Positions 31,341 to 40,654 of a DNA stretch of 64,000 nt are shown here, piece by piece (position 1 is the first letter of the stretch; the number at the start of each line of letters is the position of its first letter). The stretch comes from Clostridia bacterium (GTDB taxonomy: Bacteria > Bacillota > Sulfobacillia > JAJZYS01 > JAJYTV01). Location of the stretch: NCBI GenBank assembly GCA_027420455.1, contig DAIBJA010000072.1, positions 24 through 64,023 of the forward strand, read 5' to 3'. A program made the position numbers and the translations under genes. The notes under the pieces were generated by a model. It ran no database searches. It was not told the origin of the DNA and worked only from the letters and a program-made list of their open reading frames with translations.

Positions 31341-32090
31341 GTGGATTTTCCCAGACTGCTGAAGGGCGCCGCGTTGGCGCTGCCACTGCTCGTGGCGATG
31401 CCCCAGGTGTCTGCCTACGCCGCGGGACAGGGACAGTTGATCGCGGCCGGCGGGGCCAAGGCAACAGGATTCGGTAAGGCGTTCTCGGTCATGCTGCCTG
31501 CGGCCGCCAAGTACCTGGGTGTCGCACAGGCTTCCCTGCAGCAGGACATGCGGGGAGGGGAGTCGCTTGCCCAGATCGCGTCCGCGGAGGGGAAGCCGCT
31601 ATCCGGGCTCGAGTCTGCGATCGAAGGTGCCGTCAAGCAGGCGATCGAGCGGCAGGTCAAGGCAAAGAAGCTGACGTCGGCGCAGGCCGCGACACAGGAG
31701 AAGAGCATGGCGGCAGAGGTTGCGCGCCTTGTGCAGGGACAGGGCCTTCCTGGCGGAGGAGGCTTTGCAGGGCGGCGCGGCGGCAGCTTCGCCGTGCTCA
31801 TGCCGGCAGCCGCCAAGTATCTCGGGCTCTCCGAGACCACCTTGCAGCACGACATGGCCTCGGGCAAGTCGCTCGCCCAGGTCGCCAGCGGCGACAAGAA
31901 GCCGCTGGCAGGGCTTGAATCAGCCCTCGTGACCGCGCTCAAGCAGGCGGTAGGGCAGGAACTCGCAGCCAAGAAGCTGAGTTCGACCCAGGCCAAAGCC
32001 CAGGAGAGCCAGGCGGCTGCTGCCGTGAAGCGGTTCGTGCAGCAGAAGGGTTTCGGGCATCCGCCGGGCGGCGGGTCGCCTCCGGGCTAG
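31341..32090 (+). CDS. Secreted hypothetical protein with an internal tandem duplication.
   Basis: GAGGAGGG RBS, GTG start and signal peptide. Two repeats of roughly 100 aa: FSVMLPAAAKYLGVAQASLQQDMRGGESLAQIAS.. and FAVLMPAAAKYLGLSETTLQHDMASGKSLAQVAS... Confidence 0.65.
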   Translation: MDFPRLLKGAALALPLLVAMPQVSAYAAGQGQLIAAGGAKATGFGKAFSVMLPAAAKYLGVAQASLQQDMRGGESLAQIASAEGKPLSGLESAIEGAVKQAIERQVKAKKLTSAQAATQEKSMAAEVARLVQGQGLPGGGGFAGRRGGSFAVLMPAAAKYLGLSETTLQHDMASGKSLAQVASGDKKPLAGLESALVTALKQAVGQELAAKKLSSTQAKAQESQAAAAVKRFVQQKGFGHPPGGGSPPG

Positions 32091-32122
32091 CGCACGCCGG
32101 ATCGAGGTGCAGGGACGACAAA

Positions 32123-32148
32123 CGGCGCCGCCATAAAGGCGGCGCCGT
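32123..32148. terminator. Bidirectional terminator hairpin between convergent genes.
   Basis: ACGGCGCCGCC-ATAAA-GGCGGCGCCGT, an 11-bp perfect stem. Confidence 0.55.
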
Positions 32149-32159
32149 CAACCTTTGCT

Positions 32160-32693
32160 TCAGCGAGGACTCGGCAACTGCTCCTGCGGCACCGGCCAAC
32201 GATCGATGCGATCCGGCGCGTCCTCCCACGGGTGCAGGTGGAAAGCCGGCGGGTCACCGCCCGGATAGGGCTCAAGGAGATCCTCCTTGGTCATGATCAC
32301 CTGGCGGCGGCTGACGAACGGCGGCAGTGGCTGCGGCGTGAGGACGATCGCGTCCACCGGACAGGCCCGCTCGCACTCGCCGCAAAAGATGCAGCGCAGG
32401 TAGTCGATCTCGTAGCGGGCGGCATAGCGCTCACCCGGGCTGACCCGGTGCTCCGGGTCGTTCTCGGCCGCGACGACGGTGATGGCATAGGCGGGGCAGG
32501 CGGCGGCGCAAAGTTCGCAGCCGACGCAGCGCTCCATCCCGTCGGAGTACTTGCGCAGCTTGTGCACGCCGCGATAGCGGGCGGGCAGTTCCCGCTTCTT
32601 CTCGGGGTAGTTGACGGTCTGGTTGGGCATCGTGGTGAAAATCTTGAGGGTGATACCCAGACCCTTCAGAATGTTGCCGACACCCTCGAACAT
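32160..32693 (-). CDS. nuoI: NADH-quinone oxidoreductase subunit I homolog (2x[4Fe-4S] ferredoxin), orphan.
   Basis: CVGCELCAAACP and CIFCGECERACP clusters with a NuoI-type N-terminus. No other nuo genes nearby. Confidence 0.8.
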   Translation of the reverse strand: MFEGVGNILKGLGITLKIFTTMPNQTVNYPEKKRELPARYRGVHKLRKYSDGMERCVGCELCAAACPAYAITVVAAENDPEHRVSPGERYAARYEIDYLRCIFCGECERACPVDAIVLTPQPLPPFVSRRQVIMTKEDLLEPYPGGDPPAFHLHPWEDAPDRIDRWPVPQEQLPSPR

Positions 32694-32724
32694 GTGCTCC
32701 CCCCCTCTTGGGATGGCCGACCGA

Positions 32725-32862
32725 TCAGAAATCGATCGGGACGTCGTTCTCCCGACCGCAGTTGGGGCACTCGATGAGCGCTACGTACGTGTGGTCTGCC
32801 TTGCGTGCGAGCGAGCGGACCGTACCCAGCGGGAAGAGGACGAGTTCGGCGTATGCGGTCAT
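32725..32862 (-). CDS. Small hypothetical protein with a CPNCG zinc-ribbon-like motif.
   Basis: 45-aa ORF (MTAYAELVLFPLG..ECPNCGRENDVPIDF) co-oriented upstream of nuoI. Weak RBS. Confidence 0.25.
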   Translation of the reverse strand: MTAYAELVLFPLGTVRSLARKADHTYVALIECPNCGRENDVPIDF

Positions 32863-33083
32863 TTCGGTTGCCTTGTCGGTCCTGTAAATGGGATGCTGAC
32901 AACGAGAACAAACCAAGAGGGGCCACCTCCTGCTGTGGGCTGCGCTCCCCATTGGCGCCGCGCCTCATAACCTTATTCATTGTGGGACTGAGCCCTGCGC
33001 GTGTCAATGTTGGAACACTCGGGCCGCCCACGGAGGCGAGCCTGGCCGCAGGAGCTGCGAACCCCACGGAAGGAGCTGGCGGC

Positions 33084-33539
33084 TTGCGCACGCCCGCTAC
33101 GGATCGACTCGATCGGCTTATGATCAGCTATCGGCTCCTGGCCTATGACGAAGTGGAGAAGACTGCGGCTGAAGTGGCGAGAAAGCTCGAGATCGAGCTC
33201 GATCTGGTCTTCAAAACATTGCTCGTGCGCAGTGGCAAGGCGTATGCCCTCGGTGTCGTGCCTGGCAGTTCAGAGCTCAGTCTGCGCGCCTTGGCGCGCG
33301 CCTGGGGGCAGCCGGAGGCGGAGATGGCGGACCCCGGTGACATAGAGCGCATCACGGGATATGTCCGCGGCTCCGTATCGCCATTGGGCACAAAGCGTAC
33401 CCTGCCCGTCTTCCTGGACCAATCCGCGCAAGGGCACGTGATTGCGGTGAGCGCAGGGCGACGGGGCCAGGAACTGCTGCTTGCGGGAGATGCGCTCTGC
33501 CTAGCGGTTCAAGGCAACTGGGCCGCGCTCTGCCGCTAG
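33084..33539 (+). CDS. ybaK: YbaK/ProX-family aminoacyl-tRNA deacylase (Cys-tRNA(Pro) deacylase-like).
   Basis: Aligns to YbaK from the N-terminus (TPaTdrLdRL..Y) only if translation begins at the TTG at 33084, which lies 9 nt after AAGGAG. Conserved YALGVVPG and TGYVRGSVSPLG. Confidence 0.7.
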   Translation: MRTPATDRLDRLMISYRLLAYDEVEKTAAEVARKLEIELDLVFKTLLVRSGKAYALGVVPGSSELSLRALARAWGQPEAEMADPGDIERITGYVRGSVSPLGTKRTLPVFLDQSAQGHVIAVSAGRRGQELLLAGDALCLAVQGNWAALCR

Positions 33540-33608
33540 GAACAGGAACTGGCAGGCACGACGCGCAATTAACCGCTTTCAGACGAGGCGTAAGGAGCGG
33601 CATCCTCT

Positions 33609-36600
33609 TTGTCGAACGACAGGCGCCTGAGCTGTCTGCAGCAGGAGCTGCAGGCGCTCTCGCCAGGCCTTTCCTACGATCAGGTGTTCGAGGCGATCGT
33701 CCGCATATCCCGCGACCTGATGAAGGCCGACAGCATGGCCATCCTCTGTCCCGACAAAGGCGGCCTCATGTACGAGGTTGGCGGCTCGGAAGATTTCGAC
33801 CTCGCTCGGTGGGAGCGGGAGAGGAACGATCAGCCATCGCCCGGAGAGGTGTCCTGGCTCCAGGTCTCCGACCTGGGTGCAGCTGCCACGCTGGTGCGTG
33901 CCGGGTTCGCTTCCGGGAGCGGCAGCGGCGTCGTCTGTGTCGGTTACGCGCGGCGCTATGAGCCCGAGGCGGACGACCTCGACTTCCTGCGCATGGCTGC
34001 GCATCAGATCGGCCTCGCCGCCGGCCGCAGGACGCAGCAGGACACCCTGCAACGCGAGACGGCGGCCGCGAGGCGGCAAGTGCGCCTGTGGCGCGCCTTG
34101 GCGCAGCTCGGACAGGCCGTGATGCGCACGGAGGATCGCATCGGACTGATGCGGCAGGTCTGCAACATTGCCGTCGAGTACGGAGATTTCGCCTTCGCCT
34201 GGGTCGGTGAGCGCGACGCGTCGGACGAGATCCGGCCGGTTGCCTGGTCCGGAGCGGAAGGGGAGACGCTGCGGGAACTCGGGGTGCGTCTCGACCCGAG
34301 CAATCCGCGCGGCACCGGCCCTGCGGCCAGGGCCTTGCGCGAGGGGAGGCTCGTTACCGCGGCGGATCTCTGGGCAGATCCGAAGCTTTTGGCATGGCAC
34401 GAGCTCGCCGCGCGTTTTGCCCTGCACTCCGTCGCTGCCGTGCCGATCGTCGCCGGCGGAGTCACCGCGGCCGTCCTCGTGATTTACGCAGAGGGAATCG
34501 GGGAGTTCGAGGACGGTTCCGTGCAGGCGGTGCTGGCGGAGATCGCCCAGGAACTCGGCTTTGGCCTCGACGTGATCGATGAACGGCGCCGCCGTATCGA
34601 GGCCGAGGAGCAGCTGCGGTTGCACCATGAGATTGTGGAACAGGCCAAGGAGTGCCTGGTGGTCGCCAAGGTGCTGCCGGACGGCAAGGTCAGGTTCGTG
34701 TACGCGAACCCCGCCTTCGAGAACATGACAGGCTATCGGATCGACGAGATGATAGGCAAGGCGTCCGAGATGCTCTGGGGGCCGCGCACCGACCGCAAGG
34801 CGATCGCTGCCATGCATGACGTCGTACTGGCGGGAAAGGCTTGGTCGGGCGAGGTCTGGCAATACCGCAAGGATGGCAGCGCATTCCTGATGGAATGGTC
34901 AGCCGTGCCGTTGCGCGACGAAGAGGGCCGCATCGCCTACATCCTGTCGTCGCACCGGGACGTCACGGAGCGGCGCCGCGCAAGCGAGCGCGTCGCACAC
35001 ATGGCGCACCACGACGCGCTCACGGGCTTGCCCAACCGGCGTCTGCTCGAGGAGCGCCTGGCGCACGCGCTGCACAGAGCCAGGCGGCATCGCCACCGCT
35101 TCGCCCTGGCTTTCATCGACCTTGACGAGTTCAAGCAGGTGAACGACAGCCTTGGCCACGGCTTCGGGGACAAGCTGCTGCAGCAGTTGGCGCACCGCCT
35201 GCAGGACATGGTGCGCGGCGAAGATACGATCGCCCGCTCGGGAGGGGACGAGTTCATCCTGCTCGTGGATACCGTGCGCGAGCGTGCGGAGATCGACCAC
35301 CTTCTCGACCGGATCGTCCATGCCCTGGAAGAGCCCTGCTTGATCGGCGGCCGTACCTTCGCTGTGCGCGGCAGCATCGGCCTCGCCGTCTTCCCGGAGG
35401 ACGGCGAGGACATGAAGACGCTCATGCGGCGTGCCGACATTGCGATGTACGCCGCGAAGAAGAGCGACGGCGCGCGGTACCGCTACTTCGCGCCCGAGAT
35501 GGAGGATGCGGTGGCCCTGCGCGGCAACCTGAGAGCAAGGCTCCAGGCGGCGCTCGCGCGCGGTGAGCTCGAGCTCCACTACCAGCCGCAGGTGGATCTG
35601 GTCCACCAGGAGGTCGTCGGGTTCGAGGCCCTACTGCGCTGGCGGGATCCAGTGGAGGGCCTGCGCCTGCCCGGCGAATTCCTCCCGGCGGTGGAGGGGA
35701 CGCCGCTCGAGCAGGAAATCGGCCGCTTCGTCCTGCACGCGGCCCTGAATCAGGCGGAGGCGTTCAGCCGGCAGGGCCTCGCGCTGCAGGTGGCGTTCAA
35801 CGCGTCGCCAAGCCAGTTCCTGTCGCCCGCCTTCACGCGGGAACTCGAGGAGGCGCTCGCCCTCCACCCGACCGTCTCGCCGCAGCAGCTGGCGATCGAG
35901 ATCACCGAGTCCGCTGTGGTGCACGATGTCGAGCTGGCGCGCCGCCAGATCGAGGTCTGCCACCGGCTGGGCGTGGCGGTCGCCCTGGACGACTTCGGTA
36001 CGGGGTCGTCATCGATCACCTTGCTGCAGGAATTGCCCTGCGACATCATCAAGATCGACCAGCGCTTCATCGCGGGGATGCTCGAAACGCCCGAGAGCCC
36101 GGCCATCATCCATGGCATCCTGATCATGGGGAGCGCCATGGACCGACGGGTGCTGGCGGAGGGCGTCGAGACGGCGACCCAGGCGCGGGCCCTCCTGCGG
36201 CTCGGCTGCCACCTCGTGCAGGGCTACGCGGTCGCGCGGCCCATGCCGGCCGCGGCGATCGGCAGCTCGTGCACGGACTTCACGCAGCGTGCACCGCTCG
36301 TCGTCGGCGGCGAGATCCAGGACGCCGCGGAGACGTTCCAGCTGCTTGCGGTCGAGCTCGGGCACCTGCGCTGGGCCGCGCTCTTCACGGCGACGGCGAC
36401 GGGGACGGAAGCTGGGACGGGAGCTGACGGTCGCTACAAGAAAGTCCGCGGCACATGCTGCGGGCTCGGCTACTGGCTCGAGACATACGGCCGCAGCCAG
36501 TTCGCACTCCACCCCGCATTGGCCGATGTCGAGCGCGAACACCTTGTATCGCACGATCTCGCCGCGGCGACGCTGCGCCTGCGCGCCGAGGGCGACCTCA

Positions 36601-36680
36601 AGGCGGCTGCCGTGGCGGCGGAGCGACTCTGGCGGCAGAAGGACGATCTCATCATGGCCCTCGCCCGTCTCAAACCCTGA
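33609..36680 (+). CDS. Multidomain c-di-GMP signalling protein: GAF and PAS sensor domains, GGDEF, EAL, and an uncharacterised C-terminal extension of about 140 aa.
   Basis: GGDEF site (SGGDEFILL) and EAL motifs (EALLRW, DDFGTG); a GAF-like N-terminal region and a PAS-like region are domain inference only. 1023 aa. Confidence 0.85.
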   Translation: MSNDRRLSCLQQELQALSPGLSYDQVFEAIVRISRDLMKADSMAILCPDKGGLMYEVGGSEDFDLARWERERNDQPSPGEVSWLQVSDLGAAATLVRAGFASGSGSGVVCVGYARRYEPEADDLDFLRMAAHQIGLAAGRRTQQDTLQRETAAARRQVRLWRALAQLGQAVMRTEDRIGLMRQVCNIAVEYGDFAFAWVGERDASDEIRPVAWSGAEGETLRELGVRLDPSNPRGTGPAARALREGRLVTAADLWADPKLLAWHELAARFALHSVAAVPIVAGGVTAAVLVIYAEGIGEFEDGSVQAVLAEIAQELGFGLDVIDERRRRIEAEEQLRLHHEIVEQAKECLVVAKVLPDGKVRFVYANPAFENMTGYRIDEMIGKASEMLWGPRTDRKAIAAMHDVVLAGKAWSGEVWQYRKDGSAFLMEWSAVPLRDEEGRIAYILSSHRDVTERRRASERVAHMAHHDALTGLPNRRLLEERLAHALHRARRHRHRFALAFIDLDEFKQVNDSLGHGFGDKLLQQLAHRLQDMVRGEDTIARSGGDEFILLVDTVRERAEIDHLLDRIVHALEEPCLIGGRTFAVRGSIGLAVFPEDGEDMKTLMRRADIAMYAAKKSDGARYRYFAPEMEDAVALRGNLRARLQAALARGELELHYQPQVDLVHQEVVGFEALLRWRDPVEGLRLPGEFLPAVEGTPLEQEIGRFVLHAALNQAEAFSRQGLALQVAFNASPSQFLSPAFTRELEEALALHPTVSPQQLAIEITESAVVHDVELARRQIEVCHRLGVAVALDDFGTGSSSITLLQELPCDIIKIDQRFIAGMLETPESPAIIHGILIMGSAMDRRVLAEGVETATQARALLRLGCHLVQGYAVARPMPAAAIGSSCTDFTQRAPLVVGGEIQDAAETFQLLAVELGHLRWAALFTATATGTEAGTGADGRYKKVRGTCCGLGYWLETYGRSQFALHPALADVEREHLVSHDLAAATLRLRAEGDLKAAAVAAERLWRQKDDLIMALARLKP

Positions 36681-36735
36681 GGGGTGCCGCCCGGGCATCG
36701 TCCGGGCGCTGACTTATGGAACGTGAGGCGACCGT

Positions 36736-38691
36736 ATGGACGTCAGTGTCAACCATCTCTGGGTCATCGTCAGCGCCTGCTTCGTCTTCTTCATGCAGGC
36801 CGGCTTCGTCTTCTACGAAGTGGGATTCGTGCAGGCCAAGAACGTGGTCAGCGTCGCCATCGAGAACATGCTCACGTTCATTATCGCGACGCTCGTGTTC
36901 GGGTTTCTCGGCTTCGCGTTCATGTTCGGCCCGACGCACCTCGGCATCGTCGGCGGCGGCTTCTTCTTTTTGAACCACCTGACGGCGGGCAGAAACTCGT
37001 TCGGCTACGTCTTCGCCTTCTTCGAACTCATGTTTGCCGCCACTTCGGTCACCATCGTCTCTGGCAGCATGTCGGAGCGGACGCGGCTCGTGCCGCTCCT
37101 GATCGCGGCCGTGTTCATGGCCGGCTTCATCTACCCGCTCTTTGGCCACTGGGCCTGGGGCGGCATGTTCCTGCATCAGCCGGCATGGCTCAAGAACCTC
37201 GGCTACATGGATTTCGCCGGCGCCACGGTGGTGCACGCCACGGCGGGCTGGGTCTCGCTTGCGGGCCTCATGATCGTCGGGCCGCGCAGGGATCGCTGGG
37301 ACGCCGAAGGCAGGGTGAAGCAGCTCGGCCGTTCAAACGTGCCGTTCGCGACGCTCGGAACGTTCATCCTGTGGTTCAGCTGGTTCGGCTTCAACGGCGG
37401 CAGCCTGCTGCAGTTCGACAGCCGCGTCGGACTCATCTTGCTCAACACGAACTTCGCGGCGGCGGGCGGCGTGGTGGGGGCGCTCCTGACCACGGCCCTC
37501 TTCATGCGGGACCACAGCTATATGGAGGCCATCTTCTCCGGCGCGCTCGGCGGCCTTGTCGCGATCACAGCGAGCTCGGACTATGTGCAACCGCCTCAGG
37601 CGGTGCTGGTGGGCCTGATCACCGGTTCCGTCGTGGTGCTGGCGAGCCTCTGGCTCGAGCGCAGGCGCCTCGACGACGCTGTCGGTGCGGTCCCGATCCA
37701 TGGCTTCGGCGGCGCCGTCGGAACGCTGCTCCTGGCGTTCTTCGCCGCGCCGCAGTTCCTGGGCGGGCAGACGAGACTCGTGAAGTTCCTCGTGCAGCTC
37801 CTGGGCGTATCGGTGAACTTCGTCTGGTCCTTCGGGCTCGGCTTCCTGATGTTCTACCTGATCAAGCGCTGGATCGGCCTGCGCGTGACCGAGGCGGAAG
37901 AGGAGAAGGGCCTCAACATCGTGGAGTTCGGCGATATCTACTCCTGGCAGGAGTACCTGCGCACCTCGCACTATGAACATCTCACGAGCGATCTCTCCGG
38001 GCGCATTCAGGTGCAGAACCAGCTTCTGCAGCGGCAGGCGCGCCTGCTCGTGGAGACGGAGGAGCACGAGCGCGTGCGCCTCGCGCGAGACCTGCATGAT
38101 GGCGTCGGCCAGTCGCTGGCGGCGCTCAAGCTGCGGCTCGGGATCATTGCGGGGAGGGTGCGCAGCAGCCGCGGCGGTCCCGAGATCGAGGCGCAAGTGG
38201 ACGAGACGGTGCAGCTGACTGCCCAGACGATCGAGGAGATCCGCGGCGTCCTCTTGAACCTCAGGCCCGACATCCTGCGCACCAGAGGTCTTGCGGCCGC
38301 CACAGAGGCCCTGCTCGAGGGCATGGAGAAGGCGAGCGGTATGCGATGCACCTTTGAGGCGCACGCGCAGATGCCGGACTGGGAGGAGGCGGCAGCCCTC
38401 AACATCTACCGCGTCCTGCAGGAGTCTCTCGCGAACGTGCTGAGGCATGCCCAGGCGACCAGGGTCGAGGTCACCTTCGCGCGCCTGCGCCCGGGGCTGT
38501 ACGCCTTTCAGGTCCGCGACGACGGCCACGGTTTCGCGCCGGACAACGTCCACCGCGGACTTGGGCTCAACTCCATGCAGGAGAGACTTCAGATGCTGGG
38601 CGGAGTCCTGCGCATCGACTCCGCAGTCGGGCGTGGCACGACCCTGACGATGGAGGTGCCTTATGAAGACCAGGGTCGTGATCGCGGATGA
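36736..38691 (+). CDS. Sensor histidine kinase with a complete N-terminal ammonium-transporter (Amt/MEP) domain as sensor (Amt-HK). The kinase is of the HisKA_3/NarX type.
   Basis: Amt signature DFAGATVVHATAG and about 11 TM helices over residues 1-400. H-box LARDLHDGVGQSLAALKL and a HATPase_c C-terminus. Confidence 0.85.
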   Translation: MDVSVNHLWVIVSACFVFFMQAGFVFYEVGFVQAKNVVSVAIENMLTFIIATLVFGFLGFAFMFGPTHLGIVGGGFFFLNHLTAGRNSFGYVFAFFELMFAATSVTIVSGSMSERTRLVPLLIAAVFMAGFIYPLFGHWAWGGMFLHQPAWLKNLGYMDFAGATVVHATAGWVSLAGLMIVGPRRDRWDAEGRVKQLGRSNVPFATLGTFILWFSWFGFNGGSLLQFDSRVGLILLNTNFAAAGGVVGALLTTALFMRDHSYMEAIFSGALGGLVAITASSDYVQPPQAVLVGLITGSVVVLASLWLERRRLDDAVGAVPIHGFGGAVGTLLLAFFAAPQFLGGQTRLVKFLVQLLGVSVNFVWSFGLGFLMFYLIKRWIGLRVTEAEEEKGLNIVEFGDIYSWQEYLRTSHYEHLTSDLSGRIQVQNQLLQRQARLLVETEEHERVRLARDLHDGVGQSLAALKLRLGIIAGRVRSSRGGPEIEAQVDETVQLTAQTIEEIRGVLLNLRPDILRTRGLAAATEALLEGMEKASGMRCTFEAHAQMPDWEEAAALNIYRVLQESLANVLRHAQATRVEVTFARLRPGLYAFQVRDDGHGFAPDNVHRGLGLNSMQERLQMLGGVLRIDSAVGRGTTLTMEVPYEDQGRDRG

Positions 38692-39304
38692 CCACAAGAT
38701 CCTGCGCCAGTCGCTTTTCATCCTGTTGCAGCAGGAAGACGACATTGAAGTCGTAGGCGAGGCGGGGAGCGGGCAGGAGGCGCTGGATGAAGTCCAGCGC
38801 CTGAAGCCGGACATTGCCATCCTCGACATTTCCCTGCCGCAGCTGAGCGGCCTCGACGTCGCGGCCCACCTCAGGCAGGCGATGCCCGACGTGCGCGTCA
38901 TCATCCTGACCATGCACAAGAGCGAGGAGTTCGTGGCGCGGGCCTTCCGCGAAAAGGTGCAGGGCTACGTCCTGAAGGACAATGCCCTCGAGGAGCTCCT
39001 GAAGGCCATCAGGGTCGTGCGCGGAGGTGGCACCTATGTCTCGCCCGACATCGCCGGCGCCATCGTCGCAGGCTTCGTGGAGAACTACAGCCAGGGTCGT
39101 GAACGGGATGTCATCTCGCCCCGCGAGCGGGAGATCGTGGAACTTCTCGCTGGCGGGCAGAGCAACCGGCAGATCGCGCAGCTTCTGAACCTCAGCCTCA
39201 AGACCGTGGAGACGCATCGCGCCAACATCATGCACAAGCTCGGCCTGCGGAGCATCCGGGATCTCGTGCTCTATGCCGTGCGCAACCATATCATCGAGCC
39301 GTAA
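38663..39304 (+). CDS. LuxR/NarL-family response regulator.
   Basis: Receiver domain (VVIADDH..ILDISLP) plus LuxR HTH (REREIVELLAGGQSNRQIAQLLNLSLKTVETH). Overlaps the kinase stop. Confidence 0.9.
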   Translation: MKTRVVIADDHKILRQSLFILLQQEDDIEVVGEAGSGQEALDEVQRLKPDIAILDISLPQLSGLDVAAHLRQAMPDVRVIILTMHKSEEFVARAFREKVQGYVLKDNALEELLKAIRVVRGGGTYVSPDIAGAIVAGFVENYSQGRERDVISPREREIVELLAGGQSNRQIAQLLNLSLKTVETHRANIMHKLGLRSIRDLVLYAVRNHIIEP

Positions 39305-39436
39305 GGCGCGAAGAGGACCAAGATACCGCGGATCCCCTCGCGCGAATACAGTGTTGTCCGTATATGGCCTTGGAACCTCCTGTCCTAGGGTGAAGTGGGC
39401 GATCTGCGCCTACCCTCCGGGAGAGGATGATGAAGC

Positions 39437-40654
39437 GTGATCAACACGGGCGATACCGCATTCGTACTGATCAGCGCAGCCCTGGTCCTGCTGATGACTC
39501 CTGGTCTCGCATTCTTTTACGGCGGCCTTGTCAGAAAGCAGAATGTGCTGACGATCATGATGCAGATCTTCATCGCCATGGGGGTCGTGGCCACCATCTG
39601 GGTGCTGGGCGGATTCAGCCTGGCCTTCGGCCCGGACTGGCATGGCGTGATCGGCACCCTCAAGTACTTCGGCCTGCAGGGAGTCGGAATGGCGCCGAAC
39701 CCGGCCCACGGTGCGACGATCCCATTCCTCGTCTTCTTCGCCTTCCAGCTGATGTTCGCCATCATCACACCGGCCTTGGTCACCGGTGCCTTCGCCGACC
39801 GCGTCAAGTTCTCCGGCTATCTCTGGTTCCTGGTGCTCTGGAGCGTGCTCGTCTACATCCCGGTCGCCCATTGGCTTTGGGGCGGCGGCTTCCTGGCGCA
39901 GATGGGGGCCGTCGACTTCGCCGGCGGCATGGTCGTCCACGCGACCGCTGGCTTCGGCGCCATCGCATCGGTGTTCGTGGTGGGCAACCGCTACCTGCCG
40001 AAGGGCACGTCGAACACGCCGCACAACCTTCCTTTCGTGGCGCTCGGTACCGGACTCCTCTGGTTCGGCTGGTTCGGCTTCAACGCCGGCAGCGCCCTGG
40101 CGGCGAACGGGGTCGCCGCGGTGGCCTTTGTCAACACCGATGTCGCGGCATCGGTCGCCATGGTGGCGTGGCTGGCGGTGCAGTGGCTCGTTGACCGCAA
40201 GCCTACCGTCTCCGGCGCACTCATCGGGGCCGTGGCCGGGCTTGCCACCATCACGCCGGCGGCGGGCTTTGTCCAGCCCTGGGCGGCGGCCGTCATCGGA
40301 CTCTTCGCGGGACTCGTGCCGTTCGGCGCGATGCGCCTGCGCATGACGTGGAGGAACGTGGACGACGCTTTGGACGTCTGGGGTTGCCATGGCGTCGGCG
40401 GTGTCCTCGGCTCGCTGCTCCTGGGCGTCTTCGCCGTCGCGTCGATCAACGGCGTGAGCGGTCTCGTCCAGGGCGACGTGCACCAGCTGCTGATGCAGTT
40501 CGTCGCGGTCGTCGTGACGAGCGGGTACGCCTTCGCGATGACTTGGGGCATCCTTAAGGTGCTCGACGTCGCCGGCAGCTTGCGGGTTTCGCGCGAAATC
40601 GAGGTGGAGGGCCTGGACGAGGCCCTGCATGGGGAAGCCGCCTACGCGGACTAA
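39437..40654 (+). CDS. amt: Ammonium transporter.
   Basis: DFAGGMVVHATAGF signature, 11 TM helices, GTG start after GGGAGAGG. Confidence 0.9.
   Translation: MINTGDTAFVLISAALVLLMTPGLAFFYGGLVRKQNVLTIMMQIFIAMGVVATIWVLGGFSLAFGPDWHGVIGTLKYFGLQGVGMAPNPAHGATIPFLVFFAFQLMFAIITPALVTGAFADRVKFSGYLWFLVLWSVLVYIPVAHWLWGGGFLAQMGAVDFAGGMVVHATAGFGAIASVFVVGNRYLPKGTSNTPHNLPFVALGTGLLWFGWFGFNAGSALAANGVAAVAFVNTDVAASVAMVAWLAVQWLVDRKPTVSGALIGAVAGLATITPAAGFVQPWAAAVIGLFAGLVPFGAMRLRMTWRNVDDALDVWGCHGVGGVLGSLLLGVFAVASINGVSGLVQGDVHQLLMQFVAVVVTSGYAFAMTWGILKVLDVAGSLRVSREIEVEGLDEALHGEAAYAD

Noticed and set aside
33579-34862. 427-aa minus-strand ORF over the 5' third of the GGDEF-EAL gene.
   Set aside because: Antisense. The plus-strand frame has coherent GAF/PAS domain organisation.
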